Sequence record: MK962750
Length of the DNA: 64,000 bases
Direction: 5' to 3' (one strand)
Source: Shigella phage CM8
The notes below the pieces were generated by a model, which saw only the letters and a list, made by a program, of their open reading frames with translations, had not been told where the DNA came from and made no database searches. Shown piece by piece: positions 7,437 through 17,637 of the stretch; the first letter of the stretch is position 1, and each line of letters starts with the position of its first letter. A program made the position numbers and the translations under genes.

Positions 7437-7724
7437 TTACAAAAGATTTTTAGCAATAATCTTGAGATGTGCCGCAGAAATGTGTTTAGCTTTAAACAAC
7501 GCAGTTTCTTCAGCAGGAGAGATAACGATTGTAGCACCATCCTTTTTAGCAGACCACCCATCGCCTAGGTAAACAGTACCTTTGATTTCTTCGCCATCAA
7601 CCAGACTAATCATTGGTTTACCTTCTCGTCCTTTATTTGCTTTAATAACTTCAGAAGTAAGAGTAGCTTCGGTAATAGTAGAAACCGGGGTAGTTGTAGA
7701 AGTAAATTCTTTGAAAGTTTTCAT
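7437..7724 (-). CDS. ipI: internal protein I-like (95 aa), copy 1
   Basis: MKTFKEFTSTTTPVSTITE|ATL...: cleavage after the 19-aa targeting sequence at I-T-E would leave 76 aa, matching the recalled size of mature IPI*; sits next to 57B as in T4. Confidence 0.6.
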   Translation of the reverse strand: MKTFKEFTSTTTPVSTITEATLTSEVIKANKGREGKPMISLVDGEEIKGTVYLGDGWSAKKDGATIVISPAEETALFKAKHISAAHLKIIAKNLL

Positions 7725-7796
7725 TTTATTTTCCTAATTAATTTTGATAGGGTAATAGTATCACAACTAAAACCCTATGTAAACAACTTTGTGAAA
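7725..7796 (-). promoter_or_regulatory. promoter-in-hairpin element upstream of ipI-like copy 1
   Basis: Inverted repeat atagggt / accctat bracketing the spacer and -10; then AGGAAA-N5-ATG. Confidence 0.6.
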
Positions 7797-8054
7797 TTAT
7801 TTTAAATCTTCTAATCGTTTCTTCATCTTAGAACCGTTCTTAGCGATTTCGCCTGCATCAGAGCATAATGCTAAAAGCGCTTTAACTTTAGTTTGGTCTC
7901 CTTTAAAAGATGAAGGATCAACAGCAGCAGCAAGTTCTTTAATACGAGAGAAAAGACGCTCAGCTTCAGCTAAAGCCATTCCAAGCTTTACTTCCATACC
8001 GCGGGAAGATTCAGTAATAGTAGTTTTTGTAGCAAACTCTTTGAAAGTTTTCAT
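7797..8054 (-). CDS. internal protein-like small protein (85 aa) with capsid targeting sequence, copy 1
   Basis: MKTFKEFATKTTITE... with I-T-E and L-A-E sites; preceded by a promoter-in-hairpin element. Confidence 0.6.
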   Translation of the reverse strand: MKTFKEFATKTTITESSRGMEVKLGMALAEAERLFSRIKELAAAVDPSSFKGDQTKVKALLALCSDAGEIAKNGSKMKKRLEDLK

Positions 8055-8126
8055 TTTATTTTCCTAATTAATTTTGATGAGGTAATAGTATCACTACCTC
8101 ATCAGTATGTAAACAACTTTGTGAAA
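8055..8126 (-). promoter_or_regulatory. promoter-in-hairpin element, variant with 9-bp stem
   Basis: gatgaggta ... tacctcatc perfect inverted repeat around the -10; same -35 core. Confidence 0.6.
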
Positions 8127-8698
<572 letters not shown>

Positions 8699-8770
8699 TT
8701 TATTTTCCTAATTAATTTTGATAGGGTAATAGTATCACAACTAAAACCCTATGTAAACAACTTTGTGAAA
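8699..8770 (-). promoter_or_regulatory. promoter-in-hairpin element upstream of ipI-like copy 2
   Basis: Identical to 7725..7796. Confidence 0.6.
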
Positions 8771-9028
8771 TTATTTTAAATCTTCTAATCGTTTCTTCAT
8801 CTTAGAACCGTTCTTAGCGATTTCGCCTGCATCAGAGCATAATGCTAAAAGCGCTTTAACTTTAGTTTGGTCTCCTTTAAAAGATGAAGGATCAACAGCA
8901 GCAGCAAGTTCTTTAATACGAGAGAAAAGACGCTCAGCTTCAGCTAAAGCCATTCCAAGCTTTACTTCCATACCGCGGGAAGATTCAGTAATAGTAGTTT
9001 TTGTAGCAAACTCTTTGAAAGTTTTCAT
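8771..9028 (-). CDS. internal protein-like small protein (85 aa), copy 2
   Basis: Protein identical to 7797..8054. Confidence 0.6.
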   Translation of the reverse strand: MKTFKEFATKTTITESSRGMEVKLGMALAEAERLFSRIKELAAAVDPSSFKGDQTKVKALLALCSDAGEIAKNGSKMKKRLEDLK

Positions 9029-9100
9029 TTTATTTTCCTAATTAATTTTGATGAGGTAATAGTATCACTACCTCATCAGTATGTAAACAACTTTGTGAAA
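9029..9100 (-). promoter_or_regulatory. promoter-in-hairpin element, 9-bp stem variant, copy 2
   Basis: Identical to 8055..8126. Confidence 0.6.
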
Positions 9101-9785
<685 letters not shown>

Positions 9786-9786
<1 letters not shown>

Positions 9787-10511
9787 TATAGTACCTTTAG
9801 TGTATTTTTAATTTTAGAAAAAAGTTCTTCAAGAGAACCATCGTTTGTAATTACTAAATCGCCATCACGAATTGGCAATCCAGCTTCTGTAATATGTGTA
9901 TCATTGGATTTTTGACCAGGACGAACTACATGAATTACTGTAGCACCCATCGCCCTAGCCGCATCCATTTCATGATCTTGACGGGTATCAGGAACGATAT
10001 AATAATCATAACCTGAGTTAAATTTATCAAGATAATCTAAAGCAAATAATTTTACCCAGTACATGCGGTCGAAGTTATTAACAATCAAATCCGTACCTAG
10101 GGCTTGCATCAGACGACGGACTGACCATTGATCTTCAATATTATTTATAACGTCAATAATCTTGTTAAATGCTACGGAATTAACTGATTCTTGTCCTTCG
10201 TCATCAAAAACAAACACACCCTTAATTGGGCTTTTACCGTTAAGATAGCAAAATGCTTGTTCCATAATCGTGATTACTTCTGATTTAGTCAGATTTAAAT
10301 TAGTCTCACGATCATAGTCAATTCCTTCAAACTCTTTACGAGTTAAGCAAGGATAGTCAGTGTTTGCTGCAAATACTCCCCATGCATAAGCCAATGCATC
10401 CTTAATAGGACCAGCAAGTTGGTATTTAACTGCAGAATAATTGCTCATGATAAAATCAGCAGTAGTATCTTTTCCACTACGCTTTACACCGCTTAAAAAG
10501 ATTAGTTTCAT
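9786..10511 (-). CDS. 1: gp1 deoxynucleoside monophosphate kinase
   Basis: P-loop GVKRSGKDT; 241 aa from the internal ATG (ORF track start 10550 adjusted), matching recalled T4 gp1 length. Confidence 0.85.
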
Positions 10512-10560
10512 GTGTTTCTCCTCAAATTTAATTAAGATTATAACACACAAAACTGAAGCA

Positions 10561-11091
10561 TTAAACTTCTGCTATAATTTTACCATCTTTTTCTACTTGA
10601 AAATACGTATAAGGAATCGTAGCTGTACATACTAAAGCCGGGTCTGAATCTTCTGTGTAGCTAAATTCTACTTCAGATAGGTCAGAAACCCAAGGCTTAT
10701 AAAAATTTATTGACATCACGATTTCAGTTTTGCTATTATCTAAGATGTAAAGCGTAATGTACTCAGGACCTGTTTTTTGGGCAGTATTTTCACCTGTAAG
10801 ATAGTTGCTAGTTCCTAGCATCCATTCATACATTCCTATCCACGACTTAAGTTCTTCATCAACTATAAATCTCACAATGAGTGGATCATACTCAAATGTA
10901 ACACCTGGACGTTGTGCTCTACCCAGTCCAAACGGCCCAGTCACGGTATCAGTAACAGGTATTCTAATTCCTGGAATAGGAACTGACTGAGCATTTAAAG
11001 TAAAAGCAGATGTAGTATTACTATGTGGTATTGATACTACAAAGTTAGTTGTATTTGCTTGGTTAAAAATTTGTTGCAGAGCTTGCGACAT
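10561..11091 (-). CDS. 3: gp3 tail completion / sheath stabiliser
   Basis: 176 aa from internal ATG (MSQALQQI...), matching recalled T4 gp3 length; synteny between genes 1 and 2. Confidence 0.75.
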   Translation of the reverse strand: MSQALQQIFNQANTTNFVVSIPHSNTTSAFTLNAQSVPIPGIRIPVTDTVTGPFGLGRAQRPGVTFEYDPLIVRFIVDEELKSWIGMYEWMLGTSNYLTGENTAQKTGPEYITLYILDNSKTEIVMSINFYKPWVSDLSEVEFSYTEDSDPALVCTATIPYTYFQVEKDGKIIAEV

Positions 11092-11197
11092 ATATTCCTC
11101 ATAATGCTTTATAACTGTTGGTGGTATAATGGGTCTAAGTCCCTTCCATTCAATTCCATTTAGAACAAACAACAGAAAAGAATGGAAGATAATAGAA

Positions 11198-12022
11198 TTA
11201 GATATTTGACCAGACTTTGTTTGCAGAGAAACGTTTTCCTTTTGAAACGAACTGCTGAAGTGGCATCAACACAACGTTCGCCCAGTCTTTCGGGGCGATT
11301 TCAACAAGGCTACCCATAATATTACCAGGTATATATGCCTTAATCATTTGGTCTGCACCCCTAAATCCTTTCACTTGACTCCAATCAATTTTTAATTTCG
11401 TTTTATTAGTAATAGTAGGTGTATTTGCATATTGCTTTAAAAGCTCTTCTAGGAATTGCTGACGAGCTTTAGGTGGAATATAGTGCAAGTTTAATCCGTA
11501 CATTAAATTATGCTTACCTAAACCAAGGTAAATTATCAAAGGAAATTTATCCCAGTAAGGAAGAGTTTCCTTGTGTTTAGCATCATAAGCAAAAGCATAT
11601 ATTCGTCCCGGCTGCGGGCGAACAACTTTATGTCCTTTTACTTGCTTAATAGTTTCAGCAAACCATTTTCTGGTTTTATTATTAATTGCTGCACCTTCAT
11701 TACGAATTTTATCACGCAATGTTTGTCTGAATGAATTTATCATAAGCAGTTGTCTTTCTTGCTTATTGAGCTTATTCATTGGTTTTGATTCAAGCTTTTG
11801 AATCTTTTCAGCCGTTTTAATTCCTGAAGCATATTTTGACATTGCCGAAGTAAACGTAGAGTATTTGATTCCTCTTTCTTCAGCAAATTGCTTTCCTGTC
11901 ATTCCTTTTGCTTTGGCCTTTTTATATTCAAGACCTATCTGAATCCATTTCTTTTCGTTTAATGATTGCTTAACCTTTGGAACTTGGGGAGTGCTTTCAT
12001 TAATTATTTGAAAAATAGCCAT
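11198..12022 (-). CDS. 2: gp2 DNA end-protector protein
   Basis: 274 aa, basic; position between genes 3 and 4. Confidence 0.8.
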
Positions 12023-12474
12023 TATGCCCCCTTAAAGCCAAGAGCTCGTAATCCATCTTCTGTTAAAATTCTAAATTTTATTCCACGCTTTTCAGCTAAA
12101 GATTGTGCTGCTTTCCATTTGTCGGTGTTAACAGACCAGGTATAAATTTCATTCATAAATCTTTTCTTCGCTGCGGTTGTTAGATGCGCCGGTTTAACTG
12201 GTGGTTGTGTTTCTTTTTTAGGTTTTATTTCAATAAAAAATTCTTGTCCAGAAGAATCTTTCATCCAAATATCCATGAAGTATCTACGTTTTTTCCCTTC
12301 TGCATTACAAAAATAAGGAATTACTGCTGTTTCACTACCCCATGCAATAATTTCTGGATTTTTATCTAACCATTCAAAAAAGAATTTTTCCCAATTTGAT
12401 CTATACGTAATTTTTTTAGGGTCACCTCTATACTTTGATATATTTTTAGGAACCCATTTTCCAGAATATGCCAT
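12022..12474 (-). CDS. 4: gp4 head completion protein
   Basis: 150 aa; divergent from gene 53 across a back-to-back late-promoter region. Confidence 0.8.
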
Positions 12475-12485
12475 TGGATTCTCCT

Positions 12486-12493
12486 TATAAATA
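12486..12493 (+). promoter_or_regulatory. late promoter TATAAATA (gene 53)
   Basis: Exact T4 late-promoter consensus about 30 nt before the start codon. Confidence 0.7.
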
Positions 12494-12500
12494 GATAATA

Positions 12501-12508
12501 TATTTATA
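12501..12508 (-). promoter_or_regulatory. late promoter TATAAATA (gene 4), back-to-back with the gene 53 promoter
   Basis: Reverse-strand TATAAATA about 27 nt upstream of gene 4. Confidence 0.65.
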
Positions 12509-12521
12509 AACAGGAGGGCCC

Positions 12522-13112
12522 ATGCTCTTTACATTTTTTGATCCGATTGAATATGCGGCCAAAACGGTGAATAAAAACGCGCCGACTATTCCTATGACAG
12601 ATATTTTTAGAAACTATAAAGACTATTTTAAACGCGCTCTTGCGGGATACCGCTTACGTACTTATTATATCAAAGGTTCACCACGCCCGGAAGAATTAGC
12701 AAATACTATATATGGAAATCCACAGTTGTATTGGGTTTTATTGATGTGTAATGATAATTATGACCCGTATTATGGATGGATTACTTCACAAGAAGCAGCT
12801 TATCAAGCATCTATACAAAAATACAAAAATGTAGGTGGAGACCAAATAGTATATCATGTGAATGAGAACGGTGAAAAATTTTATAATTTAATATCATACG
12901 ATGATAATCCATATGTTTGGTATGATAAAGGCGATAAAGCTAGAAAATATCCTCAATATGAAGGAGCACTTGCTGCGGTCGATACGTATGAAGCTGCTGT
13001 TCTTGAAAATGAAAAACTTCGTCAAATAAAAATAATAGCAAAATCAGACATCAATTCATTTATGAACGACCTTATACGTATAATGGAGAAATCTTATGGA
13101 AATGATAAGTAA
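12522..13112 (+). CDS. 53: gp53 baseplate wedge protein
   Basis: 196 aa; TATAAATA about 30 nt upstream; immediately precedes gene 5. Confidence 0.85.
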   Translation: MLFTFFDPIEYAAKTVNKNAPTIPMTDIFRNYKDYFKRALAGYRLRTYYIKGSPRPEELANTIYGNPQLYWVLLMCNDNYDPYYGWITSQEAAYQASIQKYKNVGGDQIVYHVNENGEKFYNLISYDDNPYVWYDKGDKARKYPQYEGALAAVDTYEAAVLENEKLRQIKIIAKSDINSFMNDLIRIMEKSYGNDK

Positions 13113-14823
13113 TAACCTTAATTGGTTTGTTGGTGTTGTTGAAGATAGAATGGACCCATTAAAATTAGGTCGTGTTCGTGTTCGTGTGGTTGGTCTGCAT
13201 CCACCTCAAAGAGCACAAGGCGATGTAATGGGTATTCCAACTGAAAAATTACCATGGATGTCAGTTATTCAACCTATAACTTCTGCAGCAATGTCTGGAA
13301 TTGGAGGTTCTGTTACTGGTCCGGTAGAAGGAACTAGAGTCTATGGTCATTTTTTAGACAAATGGAAAACTAACGGAATTGTCCTTGGCACGTATGGTGG
13401 AATAGTTCGCGAAAAACCTAATAGACTTGAAGGATTTTCTGATCCGACTGGACAGTATCCTAGACGTCTAGGAAATGATACTAACGTATTAAACCAAGGC
13501 GGAGAAGTAGGATATGATTCGTCTTCTAATATTATCCAAGATAGCAATCTAGACACTGCGATAAATCCTGATGATAGACCACTATCAGAGATTCCAACTG
13601 ATGATAATCCAAATATGTCAATGGCTGAAATGCTTCGCCGCGATGAAGGATTAAGACTAAAAGTTTATTGGGATACTGAAGGATATCCGACAATTGGTAT
13701 TGGTCATCTTATCATGAAGCAGCCAGTTCGTGATATGACTCAAATTAATAAAGTTTTATCAAAACAGGTTGGTCGTGAAATTACCGGAAATCCAGGTTCT
13801 ATTACAATGGAAGAAGCGGTAACTTTATTTGAACGTGATTTGGCTGATATGCAAAGGGATATTAAATCACATTCTAAAGTAGGACCAGTCTGGCAAGCTG
13901 TCAACCGTTCTCGTCAAATGGCATTAGAAAATATGGCGTTTCAGATGGGTGTTGGCGGTGTAGCTAAATTTAACACAATGTTAACTGCTATGTTAGCCGG
14001 AGATTGGGAAAAAGCATATAAAGCCGGTCGTGATTCATTGTGGTATCAACAAACAAAAGGCCGTGCATCCCGTGTTACCATGATTATTCTTACGGGGAAT
14101 TTGGAATCATATGGTGTTGAAGTGAAAACCCCAGCTAGGTCTCTATCAGCAATGGCTGCTACTGTAGCTAAATCTTCTGACCCGGCTGACCCTCCTATTC
14201 CAAATGACTCGAGAATTTTATTCAAAGAACCAGTTTCTTCATATAAAGGTGAATATCCTTATGTGCATACAATGGAAACTGAAAGCGGACATATTCAGGA
14301 ATTTGATGATACTCCTGGGCAAGAACGATACAGATTAGTTCATCCGACTGGAACTTATGAAGAAGTATCACCGTCAGGAAGAAGAACAAGAAAAACTGTC
14401 GATAATTTGTATGATATAACCAACGCTGATGGTAATTTTTTGATAGCCGGTGATAAAAAGACTAACGTCGGTGGATCAGAAATTTATTACAACATGGATA
14501 ATCGTCTTCACCAAATAGATGGAAGCAATACAATATTTGTACGTGGCGATGAAACTAAGACGGTTGAAGGTAATGGAACTATCCTAGTTAAAGGTAATGT
14601 TACTATTGTAGTTGAAGGTAATGCTGACATCACAGTTAAAGGAGATGCTACCACTTTAGTTGAAGGTAATCAAACTAATACAGTAAATGGAAATCTTTCT
14701 TGGAAAGTTGCTGGGACAGTTGATTGGGACGTTGGTGGTGATTGGACAGAAAAAATGGCATCTATGAGTTCTATTTCATCCGGTCAATACACAATTGATG
14801 GATCGAGGATTGACATTGGCTAA
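13096..14823 (+). CDS. 5: gp5 baseplate hub / tail lysozyme (cell-puncturing protein)
   Basis: 575 aa; lysozyme domain MAEMLRRDEGLRLKVYWDTEGYPTIGIGH; C-terminal VxGxxxxx beta-helix repeats. Confidence 0.95.
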   Translation: MEMISNNLNWFVGVVEDRMDPLKLGRVRVRVVGLHPPQRAQGDVMGIPTEKLPWMSVIQPITSAAMSGIGGSVTGPVEGTRVYGHFLDKWKTNGIVLGTYGGIVREKPNRLEGFSDPTGQYPRRLGNDTNVLNQGGEVGYDSSSNIIQDSNLDTAINPDDRPLSEIPTDDNPNMSMAEMLRRDEGLRLKVYWDTEGYPTIGIGHLIMKQPVRDMTQINKVLSKQVGREITGNPGSITMEEAVTLFERDLADMQRDIKSHSKVGPVWQAVNRSRQMALENMAFQMGVGGVAKFNTMLTAMLAGDWEKAYKAGRDSLWYQQTKGRASRVTMIILTGNLESYGVEVKTPARSLSAMAATVAKSSDPADPPIPNDSRILFKEPVSSYKGEYPYVHTMETESGHIQEFDDTPGQERYRLVHPTGTYEEVSPSGRRTRKTVDNLYDITNADGNFLIAGDKKTNVGGSEIYYNMDNRLHQIDGSNTIFVRGDETKTVEGNGTILVKGNVTIVVEGNADITVKGDATTLVEGNQTNTVNGNLSWKVAGTVDWDVGGDWTEKMASMSSISSGQYTIDGSRIDIG

Positions 14824-14857
14824 TATACTTCCAATGAGCGCTGATTTAGGAGAATCC

Positions 14858-15352
14858 ATGGAAGGTTCTTCTATCGACGTCACCTTTACCGCTCAATTAG
14901 AAACAGGTGAAACGTTAGTATCTATAAATATAACTAGTTACGAAGAAACTCCTGGGGTTTTAGTAGAAGAAAATCGCTTATATGGAACATATGAATCTGT
15001 GTTTGGATTTGGAAATGACGCGTTGAAATATCGTTTAGGCGATGAATTTAAAACTGCTGCTTCATGGGAAGAACTTCCTACTGATTCTGATACTCAGTTG
15101 TATTTGTGGAAAGCTCCTCAAAATCTCCAGAAGACATTCACTTACGAAGTAACATTAATATATGACTACCAAGAACAAAGTGAATCTGGAGGTTCTGGCA
15201 GTAATTCTAGGTCATCTTCTGATACTACTGAACCGACGGATCCTCCTGCTCCAGTAAGAAAAACTCTCGTTAAAAATTATACTAAAACTATAGTTGGAAA
15301 TTGGAGTCGTTGGGCTAATAAATTAAGAAGCTATGTGTATGAGAGGTCATAG
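14858..15352 (+). CDS. 5.1: gp5.1
   Basis: ORF track 14795 begins at TTG inside gene 5; start moved to ATG (MEGSSIDV...) with AGGAG-N5. Start choice is uncertain. Confidence 0.6.
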
Positions 15353-15646
15353 ATGTCAGGATTAAGTTATGATAAATGTGTTACTGCTGGTCATGAAGCA
15401 TGGCCTCCAACAGTTGTGAATGCTACACAAAGTAAAGTATTCACTGGAGGAATTGCTGTTCTCGTAGCAGGTGATCCAATTACAGAACATACAGAAATTA
15501 AAAAGCCATATGAAACACATGGCGGAGTGACACAACCCAGAACTTCTAAGGTATATGTCACTGGAAAGAAAGCTGTTCAAATGGCTGATCCAATATCATG
15601 CGGTGATACTGTGGCTCAGGCATCATCTAAAGTATTCATTAAATAG
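15353..15646 (+). CDS. 5.4: gp5.4 PAAR-repeat spike-tip protein
   Basis: 97 aa; conserved position between 5.1 and 6. Confidence 0.8.
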
Positions 15647-15654
15647 GATTTAAA

Positions 15655-17637
15655 ATGGCAAATACCCCTGTAAATTATCAATTAACAAGAACAGCAAATG
15701 CTATTCCCGAGATATTCGTCGGGGGTACGTTTGCTGAAATAAAACAAAATCTCATTGAATGGCTTAATGGCCAAAATGAATTTTTGGATTATGATTTTGA
15801 AGGCTCAAGATTAAACGTTCTGTGTGACCTTTTAGCTTATAATACATTGTACATTCAACAGTTTGGTAATGCTGCTGTGTATGAAAGCTTTATGCGTACT
15901 GCTAACTTACGAAGTTCAGTTGTTCAAGCTGCACAAGATAACGGATATTTACCTACTTCAAAATCCGCTGCGCAGACCGAAATTATGTTAACATGCACCG
16001 ACGCATTGAATAGGAATTACATTACTATTCCTCGCGGAACTCGCTTTTTAGCATATGCAAAAGATACTTCTGTTAATCCATATAACTTCGTTTCTACCGA
16101 AGACGTTATTGCTATTCGTGATAAAAATAACCAATATTTTCCGCGTTTAAAATTGGCCCAGGGACGTATAGTAAGAACTGAAATCATTTATGATAAATTA
16201 ACACCTATTATCATTTATGATAAAAATATTGATAGAAACCAGGTTAAATTATACGTTGATGGAGCAGAATGGATTAACTGGACAAGAAAGTCAATGGTTC
16301 ATGCTGGTTCTACATCGACAATTTACTACATGCGTGAAACTATTGATGGAAATACTGAATTCTATTTTGGTGAAGGTGAAATTTCTGTTAATGCTTCTGA
16401 AGGAGCTTTGACCGCTAATTATATCGGAGGTCTTAAACCTACTCAGAACTCTACGATTGTTATTGAGTACATCAGTACTAATGGTGCTGACGCGAACGGA
16501 GCAGTCGGATTTTCATACGCAGATACATTAACAAATATAACTGTCATCAATATTAATGAAAATCCAAACGATGACCCAGATTTTGTTGGGGCAGATGGCG
16601 GCGGTGATCCAGAAGATATTGAGCGTATCCGCGAATTGGGTACTATTAAACGCGAAACCCAGCAACGCTGCGTAACTGCGACTGACTATGATACATTCGT
16701 TTCAGAGAGATTTGGTTCTATTATTCAAGCAGTTCAGACTTTCACTGATTCTACTAAACCTGGTTATGCATTTATTGCTGCTAAACCTAAATCAGGTCTG
16801 TATTTAACTACCGTACAGCGTGAAGATATTAAAAATTATCTCAAAGACTATAATTTAGCTCCTATTACGCCATCAATTATTTCTCCTAATTATCTTTTTA
16901 TTAAGACTAATTTAAAAGTCACATATGCTTTAAATAAACTGCAAGAATCCGAGCAGTGGCTTGAAGGTCAAATAATTGATAAAATTGATCGCTATTATAC
17001 CGAAGATGTAGAAATTTTTAACTCGTCTTTCGCTAAATCTAAGATGTTGACATATGTAGATGATGCAGATCATTCTGTCATTGGTTCATCAGCGACTATT
17101 CAAATGGTTCGTGAAGTACAAAACTTCTATAAAACGCCTGAAGCGGGTATTAAATATAATAATCAAATAAAAGATCGTTCTATGGAATCTAATACGTTTT
17201 CATTTAATTCTGGACGAAAGGTTGTAAATCCTGATACTGGTTTAGAAGAAGATGTATTATATGATGTTCGTATAGTATCAACAGACCGAGATTCTAAAGG
17301 AATTGGTAAAGTTATTATTGGTCCATTTGCTTCTGGCGATGTTACAGAAAATGAAAACATTCAGCCGTATACAGGCAATGATTTTAATAAATTAGCAAAT
17401 TCTGATGGACGTGACAAATATTATGTTATCGGTGAAATAAATTATCCAGCTGACATGATTTATTGGAATATCGCTAAAATTAATTTAACATCTGAAAAAT
17501 TTGAAGTTCAGACTATTGAATTATATTCTGACCCAACCGATGATGTTATCTTTACTCGCGATGGTTCACTGATTGTATTTGAAAATGATTTACGTCCGCA
17601 ATACTTAACTATCGATTTGGAGCCTATATCACAATGA
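15655..17637 (+). CDS. 6: gp6 baseplate wedge protein
   Basis: 660 aa; synteny. Confidence 0.9.
   Translation: MANTPVNYQLTRTANAIPEIFVGGTFAEIKQNLIEWLNGQNEFLDYDFEGSRLNVLCDLLAYNTLYIQQFGNAAVYESFMRTANLRSSVVQAAQDNGYLPTSKSAAQTEIMLTCTDALNRNYITIPRGTRFLAYAKDTSVNPYNFVSTEDVIAIRDKNNQYFPRLKLAQGRIVRTEIIYDKLTPIIIYDKNIDRNQVKLYVDGAEWINWTRKSMVHAGSTSTIYYMRETIDGNTEFYFGEGEISVNASEGALTANYIGGLKPTQNSTIVIEYISTNGADANGAVGFSYADTLTNITVININENPNDDPDFVGADGGGDPEDIERIRELGTIKRETQQRCVTATDYDTFVSERFGSIIQAVQTFTDSTKPGYAFIAAKPKSGLYLTTVQREDIKNYLKDYNLAPITPSIISPNYLFIKTNLKVTYALNKLQESEQWLEGQIIDKIDRYYTEDVEIFNSSFAKSKMLTYVDDADHSVIGSSATIQMVREVQNFYKTPEAGIKYNNQIKDRSMESNTFSFNSGRKVVNPDTGLEEDVLYDVRIVSTDRDSKGIGKVIIGPFASGDVTENENIQPYTGNDFNKLANSDGRDKYYVIGEINYPADMIYWNIAKINLTSEKFEVQTIELYSDPTDDVIFTRDGSLIVFENDLRPQYLTIDLEPISQ

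Noticed and set aside
7349-7561. 70-aa ORF (and its twin 8320..8535) starting MGGLLKRMVLQSL
   Set aside because: Out-of-frame overlap with the ipI-like gene and the promoter element on the same strand; exists twice only because of the tandem duplication.
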